Part shown: piece by piece, positions 36,643 to 62,690 of the stretch
Layout: each line of letters opens with the position of its first letter
Numbering within the stretch: the stretch's first letter is position 1
From: Amphiscolops sp. MND2022
Taxonomy: Eukaryota
Assembly: GCA_964187785.1 (NCBI GenBank)
Contig: OZ076409.1
Location: 81,718,001 to 81,782,000 of the forward strand
Direction: 5' to 3'
Length of the DNA: 64,000 bases
Notes under the pieces: generated by a model
Databases searched by the model: none
The model's input: only the letters and a program-made list of their open reading frames with translations
Told to the model about the DNA's origin: nothing
Made by a program: the position numbers and the translations under genes

Positions 36643-38395
36643 TGTCGTAAGCAATATGATCATCAAGATGGTCATTGTATTGAGGACTCTGGATTTGCTC
36701 ACTTCTCATATCGTTTCTGGCCTTTTCGCTTCAAGGAACTTCGGAATTTGTTTCCGGTCTCTCGGCCAGAACGTTCCATCCATTCTTGGCCATGTGTCCT
36801 GGACCCGCCCTGATGGCATTTTGAATTTGAGGTAAAACCTGACTGCTAATGGCATCGTTTATGGTCCTCTGAACCTGAACACTGACACTATTCATCATCT
36901 CATCCATCTCCCTAGATATTCTAGAGTTTAACCCACTCGACAGTCTATTAATCTCAGCGCTAGAGTTAGCACTTGCGGAATTCTGTCCGAATTCGGCATT
37001 AACACCTAACTCAGCTTCTCTGGGGTTCAAATATAAATTTTCTTTGTTGTTTTCAAACAGGTTGCTGTTCACGCTCTCTGGTCTCCTTGCCTGATTGCTG
37101 TTTACACTTTCTTCTCTTTCAGATTGTCTACTGCCTAACATAATATCTAAGTTATCCAAATCTGAGAACATTTCGAGTCCTCTTGACTTCCTAGCTTTCT
37201 TTTGCTTCCTGGTAATAGGCATTGGAGATTTCAGGATGTAAAATTTTATTGGTAATCAGGTTTGCAATATATAAAAGCGTATCAATATCAATTGATCAAA
37301 ATGGATTGTGTCTCTCTCAGGAGGAGTTCCGGTAATTATACCTCCGGGAGGGTGACATTCACATATTTTACATATTACGTGGGTAGAATAACATATCTAA
37401 AAAACGTGACATCAAAAACTTCCCTAGAATTACACAATCCTTGGAAATCACAATAACAACATCTCTACCAAATATTAGGATATCAGCCGCAACTTCAAAC
37501 AGGTTATTCTAACCTAACAAATACATTCATCTCAAGAACGTCAACAAATATTTGATGTTATGTGCGGTATGTAACATTGGCAGGTGCCACCATGTGCGCT
37601 CTGCTGAATCAATCTAAGCACAAAATATATGATTACATGTATAAGCCCATATAAGGCTGGCTTTATCTGAATAATATCTAATACTGCATTGAACAAAGTA
37701 GCCCGGGCCAAAACACTCTGGCACAGTTAATACAGCGTCTTGCACAATTGGGCCTGAACGGGCTAATTGCATTATTATCAAGTAAGCGCCATCAAAGTTT
37801 GGTTAACTGTCCTTAACCGTCTCATGGTATTGAATCCGAAGCAATGAAAGTTAATCTTTCATCGGGGTAGTTATTTAGCATCAGTGTACTAATACTAATC
37901 AATCAAAAGAATGGTTGGTATCAAAGCATCAAATATATAAAATGGCCGCAACCGGTCGTTTGACTGAAACACCAGTCAAGTGCTGAGAGATTACGTCAAA
38001 GGGTCTTATTAGGCCATTAATGAATGTACATTTAGCACAACAAATACTGCGATCTGATTGGACAAAGCTACGCGCTCAAGTGACGCTTCCGGAGTAGAGC
38101 GTTAGGTCACTTGAACGCGTTTCTTTACTGCCGTATAGTTGTACTCTGCTTGGACGGTTTCAATTCATACTTAGCAATTATCAACAAATTTCAACAACTT
38201 CATCTGAACTACTAAATCGTACTTTTAGCAGACTAATAATAATTGTGTATGAAACTTAAAAAGCATGATAAAACATGTGGCAAAAGTTTATTCTTAGTGT
38301 CAGTTTTTAAAATATCGGCAATGTGCCGGGTACAGCCTCTTGTCCGGTCGTCGTGGTTGTGATTCGGGTACTGTCACAGGTGACAGCCTGCGACA
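36643..38395 (-). mobile_element. Solo LTR (1753 bp) of an LTR retrotransposon
   Basis: Termini TGTCG (36643) ... CGACA (38395) form an inverted pair. The 5-mer AAAAT flanks both sides (36638-36642, 38396-38400), consistent with a TSD. Internal hairpin at ~38070-38120. Confidence 0.8.
36644..37222 (-). pseudogene. gag-like ORF starting inside the LTR, one in-frame TGA at 36733-36731
   Basis: MPITRKQKKARKSRGLEMFSDLDNLDIMLG...coiled-coil-like SAEINRLSSGLNSRISREMDEMMNSV...EVP*SEKARND...HIAYD reads to the LTR end. The gag identity is inferred from position. Confidence 0.6.
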
Positions 38396-39089
38396 AAAAT
38401 GGAAACTGGGAATCACTGAAAGTAAATGTAAAAGCTCTAATATTTTGGTTTTGTGACCAAACCATTGCTTTTTTGGGGCTCACTAGAAGTTCTGCAACTG
38501 CGAAAAAAATTTTTTGAACCAATTTCGAAAAATTCATAAGTAAATATTCCCATCACAAACAAATTTTTCAAAAAAGCCAGATATCCAGCCATTATCTTTT
38601 GCATTCTTATTTGAATGCAGGTAAAGTTCTCGGCGAACAATTCTTTAGAAAACACTCGTTCGTTTGATTAAAGGAAATAAATAATATCCATAACTTAAGG
38701 CCCACAGCGAGTCAGTGTCCAATAATGTCCAAGACTATTTATAGGATATAAAGTCCAAAAAGTATTTCGAGAATTTTATCTGAAAAGGAGAAACAACCGA
38801 ACGAAAAATGTGTTGTATGACTTGACCTTCCTCTTTACAGCGCGCTCCATGCCCCGCCCATTTGTTTAAATCAGTCGTTTGCTAGACAAGTGTACGCCGC
38901 TTCGATTCGCTCCTGAAATCGGTACACTAGAGGTATGTGACTGTGTTATCTCACAATTGCACTCTATAGACGTTCCTTACTGACGAAACTTTTGTTTGTT
39001 TTCTCAAAACGTTATTTACAGCCCCCCGTTCGCTTTGTGTCATGACCATTCCATTCTAAGAGAGTTAGAATAGATGCTAAAAGAGAATG

Positions 39090-40540
39090 AAAATAATCCG
39101 GGAACGGCTCAAGTCGGCGTCTCGCTCAAGGTTCAAAAAGAGTAAAGTGTTTTCAATATGCGAGAAAACACAATAGGAAAAAGGTTGATCGAATTTACAG
39201 TGCCCAAAAACACCCGAAGAGATACCCATAAGACTCGATTTTCTACTAAAATGCGCCGACTAAAAAGACGGGAACGTCCAAAGTCGGCATTATATCTAAG
39301 ACTCAAAAAGCGCAAAGTTTTTAAAGTTGTAAAAGGAGGGACCTTTTGGGATTTTTGAAAATCCAGTTTGTTGCAAAATTTCAAATTAATTGAAGGGGGG
39401 CCCTTTGGAGACAAAAAAATTTCGATTTTTTTCAATTTTCGAAAAAAAACGAAAAATGAAAATTTTGAACAGTCTCATAGTGCCGAAATGCATAAAAGGG
39501 GAGACCCTTTGGGCTTTTTGGCACTTTAGTTGCTGCAAAATATCAAAAAAACTTGAAGGTGGGACCTTTTGAAGGCAAAAAAAAATCGAAAAAGTCGCAC
39601 AGTGCCGAAAAAAAATTGCCTGAAAAAGTTTCTGGCTAAAGCAAGGACTCGAACCCGTGATCACCGGGTTCACCGTAAACTGAGTAAAGACTGTACTGAC
39701 GACTACACGTGAACGAGTGAAGTCTGTAAAAAGTGGTACATACACGATGAGGTCTGTGGTCTGACGAACAAGCCGGGAACGACCCAAGTCGGCGCCATAT
39801 CTAAGGCTCAAAAACACCAAAAGGACTTCCAAGTATTCTCTTCTACGGTACCGGAAAAACCCAAAAGTTGAACCGAATTGGCACATCAGAGGCGACCCTT
39901 TGAAATTTTTCATCCATTCTGTCGCAAATCATCAAAAAAAATTGAAGGAGGGGCACTTTTGGTGAAAAAAATTTTTTAAAAAGTCTCACAATGCCGAAAA
40001 AACTGAAAGGGGGGACCCTTTGGGATTTTTCACCATCCGTTCTTTCGGAAAACTCCAAAAAAATTGAAGGGGGACCCTTTGGGAAAAATTTTTTTTCGAA
40101 AAAAAAGTCACAGAGCCGAAAATACTCTAAGTCCCTTTGGTCCCTTTGAGTTTCTTAGATGATGTAAAAATACTACTTCGCAAGCTTTTAAAGTATTTTA
40201 TTTAAATTTGCTAAATAGGAATTGTAAGATTTTAAGATTGTAAGAATTGTCAGAAAAGTGGACCGATCAGTGTGAGGATTGTAGTCTGAAGAAAAAAAAG
40301 AAAAAAAGGTCAAAGGTCACTGCTATAGTCGGGCATTTTTCCTTAAAAGGAAAACGCGCCGACTAAAAAAGAAAGACAAAAACTAGCCACTGTAATAGTC
40401 GGGCTCTTTTCACTAGAAAAGCGCCGACTAAAAACTAGCCATTGTAATAGGCCGCCACTTTTAACTAGAAAAGCGCTGACTAAAAAACGTGCCACTGTAA
40501 TAGTCGTGCGCATTTCCTGCTAATTGTGACAACTAAAAAG
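39090..40540 (-). mobile_element. Cluster of head-to-tail and nested HINE family A copies
   Basis: Hairpin/subTIR ends at ~39096, 39266, 39768. Direct junction gcgccgactaaaa|agacgggaacgtcc at ~39253-39279. Four stacked opposite ends (tagtcggg...cgccgactaaaaa and variants) at ~40320-40540. Confidence 0.8.
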
Positions 40541-42658
40541 TACACCCGAGTTGGTTCCAACAAGTCAGACTGTCGATCTCACATTTTCCGAAGACTTTTT
40601 TGAAAAATAAAATTAGGCAGTTAGCTTACTAAGAGACGCGTTCTTGGATTAGTCTGAAACATATTTCGTTCTCCGCTTTTACAAGTAAAATTACCCTATT
40701 CTTAAACTGAAGGCTCCATTCCAAAATGTTTTTCGACAATGGGCGACTTCTCTCGAGAATATTGTTTCGAAACAATTTTCCCGACAAATTTAGGTTATTT
40801 GATGTTTTCGAAGAAAAGGATTTGTCGAGGCCGCCATAACGTGTCCCCTTTGGATTTCTTTGGATCTCTGAAATTCGGAAGAATTTTCTCAAAGCATTCA
40901 GAGCATATTTATGAGCCTTAAGCGATGCGTAGACTTGAGACGTTTTCATCGATTTAGTTTCTTCTGAGCTTCTTTAGCTACTTTTCATTACGGAACCAAA
41001 CTTCAGAAACCATCATCGTCCAATTAAATTCGTTCGAATGTCAAAACAGTGTTTAATAATACTATGATTTCAAATTCAGTTGCACGTGTATCAGAAGGGC
41101 GAATGTTGAAAAAAACCTGTTCACACTTCAGAAAATAGGCGTTTCAAAAATGTGGTTTTATTATGGTTTCTTGGTTTTATCATTTTAATTATTATAATTT
41201 TAATTATTTTAATATTAGTTTTTTTTCGTTTTCCTAAGCAACTTCTATTTTGTTTTCATTTATTGTTTCCTCCGCCATTTTTGCCAATAGCTAAGTTAAG
41301 GCGAGTTTGTCTGCAGGATGAGTGGCTTTCTCTCCATGGTCGTGGACTAAAATTTTTTGATGTTGGAAATGTAGAAGGGAGATCAAAGGGTCCCCAGTTG
41401 AAGTTTTTTCAGCACTCTGCATTTGTTTTCAACCGAATCTCCATTTCAACCGGGTTTTCAATTTTTTCTTACCCAATCCCTCTTTTAAATTTATCCTATT
41501 CAAAGTGTTTTGCGAGCATAAGGGTTTCTCGACACAGTGCAACTTACTGAAAAACTTTTGAATTTTTTTGTAAATTTTTAGTTTTTTGCTAATAAAAACT
41601 GTTTTCCTAGTCCTAGAGGTTATTTTGGTCCTGGGGTATCGATGATAGTCGATTCAAAAATAATGTAAAACACCTATAGTTTTTCGTCTCTGGGCGACTT
41701 TTTACATTATATGAAATTGCGGTCAAATTAATGACTGTTTGCGGAACTAGGTCTTGCAAAAGAGAAACGATGGTATACTTATTTTCAATTTGCGTTTTGG
41801 GACCCTATACGCATTTTAGTACGGCTAGTTTTCAGAGATGTAAAAGCAGTTTGAGATTTTTTTTTCATTTTCAAAATTTTTCAATAGTCTGATTTTTTCT
41901 AAAGGTGTCCTGGAACAGTATATGAACAATGTCGTAGAGCAGCTCTTACATTCTGTATTTTTGCGCTTCCTCCCAGAACTGAAGGCTTGGCCTAATGTCA
42001 GCATAGTCAAAACCGCAAAATATTTCCCCAGTGACTGTTTTTGGTATTGCGAGACCGCAAGAAAGCGATTGAAACTTTTCAAAGATCTTTTTACTTGATT
42101 TTTCCTGCTTCATTTCAGTGCTTCTTAAAAGCTTTCGGATTTTCAATTGCATTAAAGGTCCCATTTAAGGATATTTTTTGTTGCTTTCTCATCTTGAAAT
42201 AGATTTTCAATTTCTCATAGCACTTTCTCGATTCAATGGTCTTTTTAAAAAATTCTCCCGAGAAGGCTGTATGCTATTCAGAGCGAAGTTCAAGACTAAT
42301 GAAAAACGTTCAATGACTAATGGTAAAAAAGTAATGACTAATTGACTTTGTTTTTAGTCGGTGCATTTCAAAATAAAATAAATCATGGCGAGTTTGATCT
42401 CTTCAGATTACAAAATGAATCGGAAATGTCTTTTCGATCGACTCATCCGCAAAAGCACAGCCTGGTCAGCTGCTCATTCCAGTAGGATTAGTGTGGTAGA
42501 GTCCTGAAGTATTTGTAAACAAGCTGTCTAACAATTGAATACTTAATTAGATACCTGTCAGAAGTCTGAACTAAAAACAGTTGTCAGCATTCATTTTGCT
42601 AAATTACCTTGTCTTATACGTACTGCATCAATTCACAATTCATCCTCAATATTGTTTT

Positions 42659-43689
42659 ACACAGAGGCGAAGCCGTGCTTCGCAAACACTTGCGAACTTT
42701 TGAAGAAAACCAAATAAGCAATATCATACGGAAAACCAAGGGTAAAAGGAGATTAAAATTTCATCAATTTTACAGCGCCAAAAAATACCCGAAGGGATAC
42801 GCGTAAGCCTCGAAAACCATACTTCCCCAACTGAAAACAGCAAAAAACCCATTCTTTCTCAACGGAAAACCTTAAACAGAAAATAGAAAAAAAATTTCAA
42901 AATTTTTCGAAAACATTTTTGATGGTCTACGGTAAGTCGCAAAGCCTTGAGGAGTCCTCTCGCAAAACGTTTCGTTTCTTGTAAAAATTGAGCAGGGGCT
43001 TCGGTGAAAACAAATTTTAAAAAAGTCGCGTAGAAAAAAGATCGGTCTTTAAAAAAACGGTCTTTTAAAACTAAAAATTGAGAAAAAATTTTCCGAACTT
43101 TTTCGAATTTTTTTGAAGTTTCCGCTAAGTCGCATAGTGCCGAAAAATGTGAAAAAGGGACCCTTTAGGATTTTATAACATTCGTTCTGTTGCAAGATAT
43201 CAAAAAATTGAAAGGAGGACGCTTTCGGGACATTAAAAAATTTTTGAAAAAAATAAGGGAGTCTAAAAAATTTTTGAAAAAATTAGAATTTTGAACCGTC
43301 TCATAGTGCCGAAAATTCTGAAAAAAGGGACCCTTTGGGATTTTTTAACATTCGTTCTCTTGCAAAATATCAAAAAAAATGAAAGGAGGACTCTTTGGGG
43401 ACATTTAAAAAATTTCGAAAAAAGTCTCACAAAGCCGAAAAAAGTCTCACAAAGCCGAAAAGTCTCATAGTGCCGAAAAAAGTCAGAACCTTCTGCTTCG
43501 GAATACTTGTAAAAAAATTAGCGCATACCCACGGGTTCGAACACGAAACCTCTGGGTTGAAAAGCAAGCATCTTACGACTAGACCACGAACGCGTGAAAC
43601 GTGCGAGTTGCCGCGTGAAATCAGAGAGTTGTCGCGCGGAAAAAAAAGCACCCGCACTTTCCCATAACACTTGCTTATCGCAAGTGTAA
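42659..43689 (-). mobile_element. HINE family B copy
   Basis: Terminal hairpin GCGAAGC-cgt-GCTTCGC (42667-42683). SubTIR acacttgcga (42686-42695) is inverted at 43678-43687, where it also folds with acacttgc (43667-43674). Shares internal modules with family A. Confidence 0.75.
43521..43594 (-). pseudogene. tRNA-derived sequence (Glu-TTC-like) inside HINE-B
   Basis: Minus strand has tggtctagtcgt (A box), ttttcaa loop and gttcgaaccc (B box). Stems are imperfect. Confidence 0.55.
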
Positions 43690-43886
43690 TCAATTCTCGA
43701 GTTATTCTGCGACAATTAGTCAGTTCCTTTCTCTTTGCGAGTTCACTGCAGTTTAGTTTGATTCCTTTAGGGTCTTGTAATAAGCAAATACAGCAGTGTC
43801 ACTGCCTCTTTTCCAATTGCATTTCTGATTGGTGGTTTAGATTTTTATTGTACATAGTGAGTTCCATTTTACGCGGGCTAAACTAA

Positions 43887-43971
43887 ACTGAGAGTCTACA
43901 TTCATAACTGTTATCTTGTGAAGAGATGACTGAGAGTCTACATTCATAACTGTTATCGTATGAAAAGATGA
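43887..43971. repeat. 42-bp tandem duplication
   Basis: actgagagtctacattcataactgttatc occurs twice. Confidence 0.9.
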
Positions 43972-46900
43972 CCAAGCCAGAAACGACTATGGTCATGAAT
44001 ACGGTCACATTAAAATATTAAGCTGATTTCGTGTAGGAATTCACCATAAGGGTAAGTCTAGAGACGCAACCGCCGTCTTGTTCGAATCTCAAATTTGATC
44101 ACTTGATGGAATTTTTCTAAATTTGGGGGTCTAAATCTTGGACCTCTGGGGTCAAAATATGAAGTTCGATCAGCAATTTGAATTGCCGATATTTCCATAT
44201 ATAGTCATAATTCAATATATGGTGTCACTGGTTTCATAAACTCTCAGAACTGGGCAGTGCTGAAATTGTGACTTTTAGGTTAGGATGTTTTCTTTCCCCT
44301 TCAATTTAACGGGGGTGGAAATATCAATCATTCATCAATTGGTACAGAAAAATAAGACGTTGACGTTGGAAGTGCTGCGTCATATTTGGAATAAAAAAGA
44401 CAAACAAAAACTCTTCGTCCGTATAGTTTGCAGCTGTCAGGCATGAATTAATCGCAATGATTTCAAAAAATCAATGAAGCTTTTGAAGATTTTGTCAAAA
44501 GCAGAAAGTAGACATGGGACACCTACAGGACTCAAAGTAATTGTTCTGACAAATGAGCCGGTCAATGATTTCTAGAATTTCACATCCTTGATTAACTACC
44601 TGCGAAATCAAAAGATTGCATACTGAAATGTCGAAACCTTAAACTGCTTTAGCTGTGTAAAAAGTGGAAAGAAAAACAATTGTTAACTAGTATCTTAAAT
44701 TTGCATTTGATCACCAACAAATAAGAAAATATTTTGAATAAAAACCCATTCGGTATATTAAATATAAAAGCAGCTCTGAAGGGCACATAAGCAGAGCATG
44801 TCATGTATTGCCGAGTATGGTTGCCATGAAAAGTTTTGTGCAGCCTTAGTTGGTTGGTTAATTCAACTGGTGTGAGAAAAATGATTTTGAAATGGAGAAA
44901 CAGAAAAGACTGTATGCTACATGTTCATGTTCATAGTGGTGCAAGAGAGAAAAAATAGAAACGAATGCGTGGGAGGGCTCTAGTGCAGCGTGAGGCGTGG
45001 GAGTTTGAAGTTATGTTTTTATCCTTCAAGGGTATTTCGGCGGCGCAGCAAAGAAAAACACTGGCCGGCACCACCACCGCTGCACTAAGCCTTTTGCAGG
45101 AATCGACATTACATCACAGTTTAGATGCGATGGGGAGATATGAAGGCATGGTATGTACAGAGTAAAGTATGCTAGATAGTTGAGTTGATTCAGATTCGTA
45201 TTCTACAAATATTCTGGTGTTGGCAGTCTTAAAGGATAGTTGCAGCGTCATTCAGTGTGAGATGGTTTCTCATGAAAACGTTACAAGAAAAACGAAATAC
45301 CATGAAACGAGCGATTCAACATGTTTGCCACCTTTCATGGCCGTAAGCGACGGCTGCTGACCTAGATGGGAATGGAATTGAGGAATATGCTTTCCATTTT
45401 TCCAGGGTTCAAAAGCATGGTGACGTCAGAAAAGAGCTGTTGGATGGTAGCTCAAATCAACAGCACCACCGCTGCTCCACACAATGGAGTTTCGCTGCTG
45501 CGATCGTATTGGACTAAAAAAACTACGTCATAATTTGCATCCTCGATTTCTCCTACGCTTGGGAAAATTAACAGCAGAGAAATAGAATTACGATCGCTCA
45601 TTGAACAAGCGAACAGTTTCATGGACGAAAAATACCAAGCACATGGTTCATTTTCAAGCAACATGAAGGTATTACCAGCAGCACGTTGGTACAAAATTAC
45701 TTGTTTTATCGGTAAACGCATCATACCATTTATGCTAAGTCGCTTACAGTCGATAGTCATTTCATCACAGCGTTTAAACAGCTTTCAGACTTAGTTAGAA
45801 ATTGTCACCGCTTCATTTCTTTCTCAACTTTCGCCAACGACGTCATATTTTATGAAGCAATAGATAGAAGCAACAAATATTTAATGCGAGATGCTTCGGC
45901 CGCGCAATACCAGTGGAAAAACGAATATGGAATTCGAGGAAATGGCAATTTTGGAGATACATATATAGATTCGAGAGACAAGCGACGTCGTGTACGGGAG
46001 GTATACAATGTATTCATTGATTCGATAGCTACGTGGAATTAGACGAGCAGTCGAAACAGACGTCAGTAGGGAAAGGGGAATTGAAATCGTGAAATCTCTA
46101 GGTGCAAATGCGAACAGCCATTTGAGGAACACTTTTTAATAAAGCGCAAGACAAAACAAGGTCGGCGGAGGCCCCGTGTTGTTGTTTCTATCGGCGGGCG
46201 GTCGCCGAGCGAAAACAGTTGCCAACCTAATATGAATGGAACACAAATGAATTATTAGCCGAATCAACAAATTATGATTGAAGAACATGAATTTGGAATT
46301 TGTAGTAAATCTTCATGTAGTGAAACACTAGCAGAGTACAAATACACTTCTGGTACTAAATTAGCTAGTTTCATTCATTTGATAGATGGTGCAAATTCGC
46401 CATTTAATGGTAGATCAGCTCCCTCTCGCGGTAGAGTTGACAGCAGAGCCGAATAGAGTTGCGACTGATACAAGTTTTGTTATTCAACAACAAAGACAGT
46501 GTTTTGCAATTAATAACACATTATGGCCAAGAGCACATGGCGTGAAGTTAGTCTACTAGTGTTTGAATTGGAAACAAAGCGCTGCAGGTCTTTGATACCA
46601 TCTAACCAACAAACAATGATGGTAATAACACTGCCAATAACAGCACCAAATATGGCCAACTGGTCTGCGAGCCCACTGTGTTAACAACATACGGTCGCTA
46701 CAAAAGCAAACGAGGTCGCCCAGATCTTTGCAAATTTGCAAACATTGCTGCTGCAAAAACACAGCACGAGGTCGTGGACGTTGCCTTTGCAACTGTTGGT
46801 TGGTGGTTGGCCGTTGGTGCAACCTTACCAATCTAATTGAGGATCTACTACTACCACTAACATTATTTAAGTTGAACTAGCGAGGCGACAACGACACAAG

Positions 46901-48613
46901 CCGGCCGGTCGGCCAACCGCCATAGCATTCACAATAGGCGGCTATTTTGCAGCAAGAATGCCGCTCTGCAAAATTCATTTGTGTAGGTTGTAGACGGTGG
47001 CATGACATGTAATTGTTCGGTATGATACAAGCAGCTTATTCGAATGAACAAGTACAAATAATACCAATTTTGGCTTGCTTAACCGATGTAATACTAAGCG
47101 AGCACGCGTTTTGACGCTCAATTCATCGCCCAACAAATCCTCGACAACTAAGAAAATCAGTCTCATTCTAATCCGCTCTAAGCTCCTGACTAACCCAAAT
47201 AAGGCGCAGTTGAAACCCCGCCTGGTGACAGAGAAGAGAAAGAAAAGCAAAGGTGAATAGAATACCTTTTGGAAAAATACTTTCTTACAACTAGACAAAA
47301 ACAGTCGAACAAAAAATGTGCATTTGTGCATATATGCGACACCTTTATCCAGCAGTTGAAAAATTCACTCACCAAATTATTGACAATCAACGCCTACACA
47401 CTTAGCAAGGTGTTCGCTCGATAAAAGCGACACACTCCATGACGACGCATAGAAATAACCACTGCAATGAACAACAGAGATCAAAATTGATTTGTGAGAC
47501 CTCGGGTTCAGGGTTCGTTGCTCACCAAGGTCAATATTTTGCATGACTTTTTTGTGGAACAACTTCTCATTTACAGGACTCATTTCCTAAACAGCAATTG
47601 CAATTGACTAATGTTTTTCTATTTCCTGACAATAAGGCGAGAAACTAAGAGGTACAAAAGATTTCATGACAATGGTTGAAAAGGACGTTATAATTAAGAA
47701 GCCGTTAACATTCAAAAAGGTCCATTTAATGGCGGGGCGGGCTAGGCGGCACTGAGTGTAATTCATTACTACATAAATGTAAACAAATTAAAAACTCTGA
47801 TCGTACTGTTGCATAGAATAAAAACATCGAAAAAAAAACAGAAAAAAAAACAAAACACCATTGCAACTAAAATGAAGCAACGAAAAATGAAAAAATATAT
47901 TCAGTAATTCATCAAAAACCAAAAAATTGATAATTAAAAAATTCATATTAATTGCTCCGCCGGAGTTGGCTAATTACTGTTTTTCTATGCAATACAATTT
48001 GAGACCTACAACATAACTAACAAATTTTCAACCGAGAGAAAAAATCCAACAGGAAATATTTTCAGTTTGTTTGGCAATTGGCATTTCTTTAATCCGCTTT
48101 CGCTTTTTCGAGATTAGAGGTTGAAAACTTGTGCAGGATAAATGATGGTCAGCATTTTAAATACAGAAAAAACATCAATTAAGTTGAGTAGAGTCATTGA
48201 ATATAGATAAGTTGTTTAGTGAAGCCTACTACATCTGGGGACGGGCTGATAACAGGCGAGGGACGGACGGGCGGTGCTGGCCAAGGGGATGCTTCAATAT
48301 TTGTGACAAAAGTTATTTGAACAGTTAAACGTTGCAACCGCTGAAGTTAGAAACAACAACAACACACATTTCAAATGTTATTTAATTAGTGTTGTTTCCA
48401 CAAAACCCAGATAATCATTTCTGGTCAGTCACGGCCCGTTCCACAGACAGGGCATGTCATAACAAGCATTAGAACTTGTCACAACTGAACAAAAGATAGA
48501 AGAGTTTGTCGTCGTCTTCATTTGCATGGCAGCTAAACAAGGACGTTTCAAGAATTGTGAATTATTGGTGGGCCGAGGAGGGCGAAGTCATATGACCTTG
48601 GGGTCAGCCAGGG

Positions 48614-61474
<12,861 letters not shown>

Positions 61475-62544
61475 CTCTGAAAATAGAGGCTGGTAAATAG
61501 CCATGTTAATGAAGACAAGAACACATATTCGACAGAGGTCCCTTTGGATTAATTATGGTTGTCTGTATTTCAATTCTTTGTTGAACAAAATGCAAATTTG
61601 CAGGCTTGCAAAGCAAACTCAAACGTTGGCGTGACATTTAAGACCATGACGATTGAACAGGCGACTCGACTGCAAAACTAGAATATTCATGATTTCACAT
61701 CAAATGCATTTGCTGCAAAGAGAAAGCTGCGGCGGTAGCCGGCGTTGCATTTCGTCTTGCAAAACGCGCTTTTGTTTCTACAAATGAGACAATTCAATTT
61801 GTTTCAATTCAGTCTTTGCACGAGAAAGCTCTTCAAATATGGACCAGTAGTTGTCGTTTGATTGATGCAACAATATCTGATGATGCTTAAATTGAACTGA
61901 AGAAAAGGTTATGACATTTCTCTATTATCCCTTTAGCAGATGGAAATCTGATTAGCAACACAACGACAGCAAGACTGTCCACATTTATCCCTAACTAAAC
62001 TCGGTAATCTGTAATCTTGAAATTATCAGGCCAGTGAAACACACGAGATCGTCTCAGTATTCTCAGGTGGAGTTCGTTACTATAATAAATCAGCTCCATC
62101 AAAATTTATAGAAAGTCATCGTGTTGACACTTCCAAATATAAAATTAGCAGCAATAAAAATTTAAGCTATAAAATTTAAGAATAGACGTAAAGCAAGGCA
62201 TCATGAAAAGCAGTTACGCCCCCATTAAAAGATAAAGCTTCGTTGAATTTGACAACTATTGGCATAAAGTCAGATTAGTGACGGACGCTAAATCCGTAAA
62301 AGATCAAGTCATTTTGTTGAAAAAATAGTTCACGATGTCCAAATCTTAATAACATGAGCATGTTTTAAAACATGTTATATTTATACGAGCACAAAAAAGT
62401 CGACGTAGTTGGTTATCCACAAACAGTTACGACAAAATCCGTTCAAACGTCACAAAAAACAAGTAGACAAATTATTCAACTGAATGTAGTCTCCACTGCG
62501 CGGTAGTAAAAAATTAAGCATTTCATTCGTGTATAAACATAACG

Positions 62545-62690
62545 TGAATCCCGCAATTAACTTCGCGAATTCTCAAGTTCCGACCTTTCAAAACTGGTCT
62601 TCAGGCATTATCATTCCAAATGAAGACCAGTTTTGAAAGGTCGGAACTTGAGAATTCGCTGTCAATTCTCGAAGTTAATTGCGAGATTCA
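62545..62690. repeat. Long inverted repeat / hairpin
   Basis: Perfect 39-bp arms at 62565-62603 and 62621-62659, 17-nt loop, plus an outer ~20-bp stem (62545-62565 with 62670-62690). Confidence 0.93.

Noticed and set aside
37580..38275. Alternative LTR 37593-38275 with PBS-like tggtggcacc
   Set aside because: No TSD. The 36643-38395 boundaries have both a 5-bp terminal inverted repeat and a 5-bp TSD.
46556..46831. Q/C-rich ORF downstream of ERK
   Set aside because: Low-complexity, non-ATG start, no domain or splice support.
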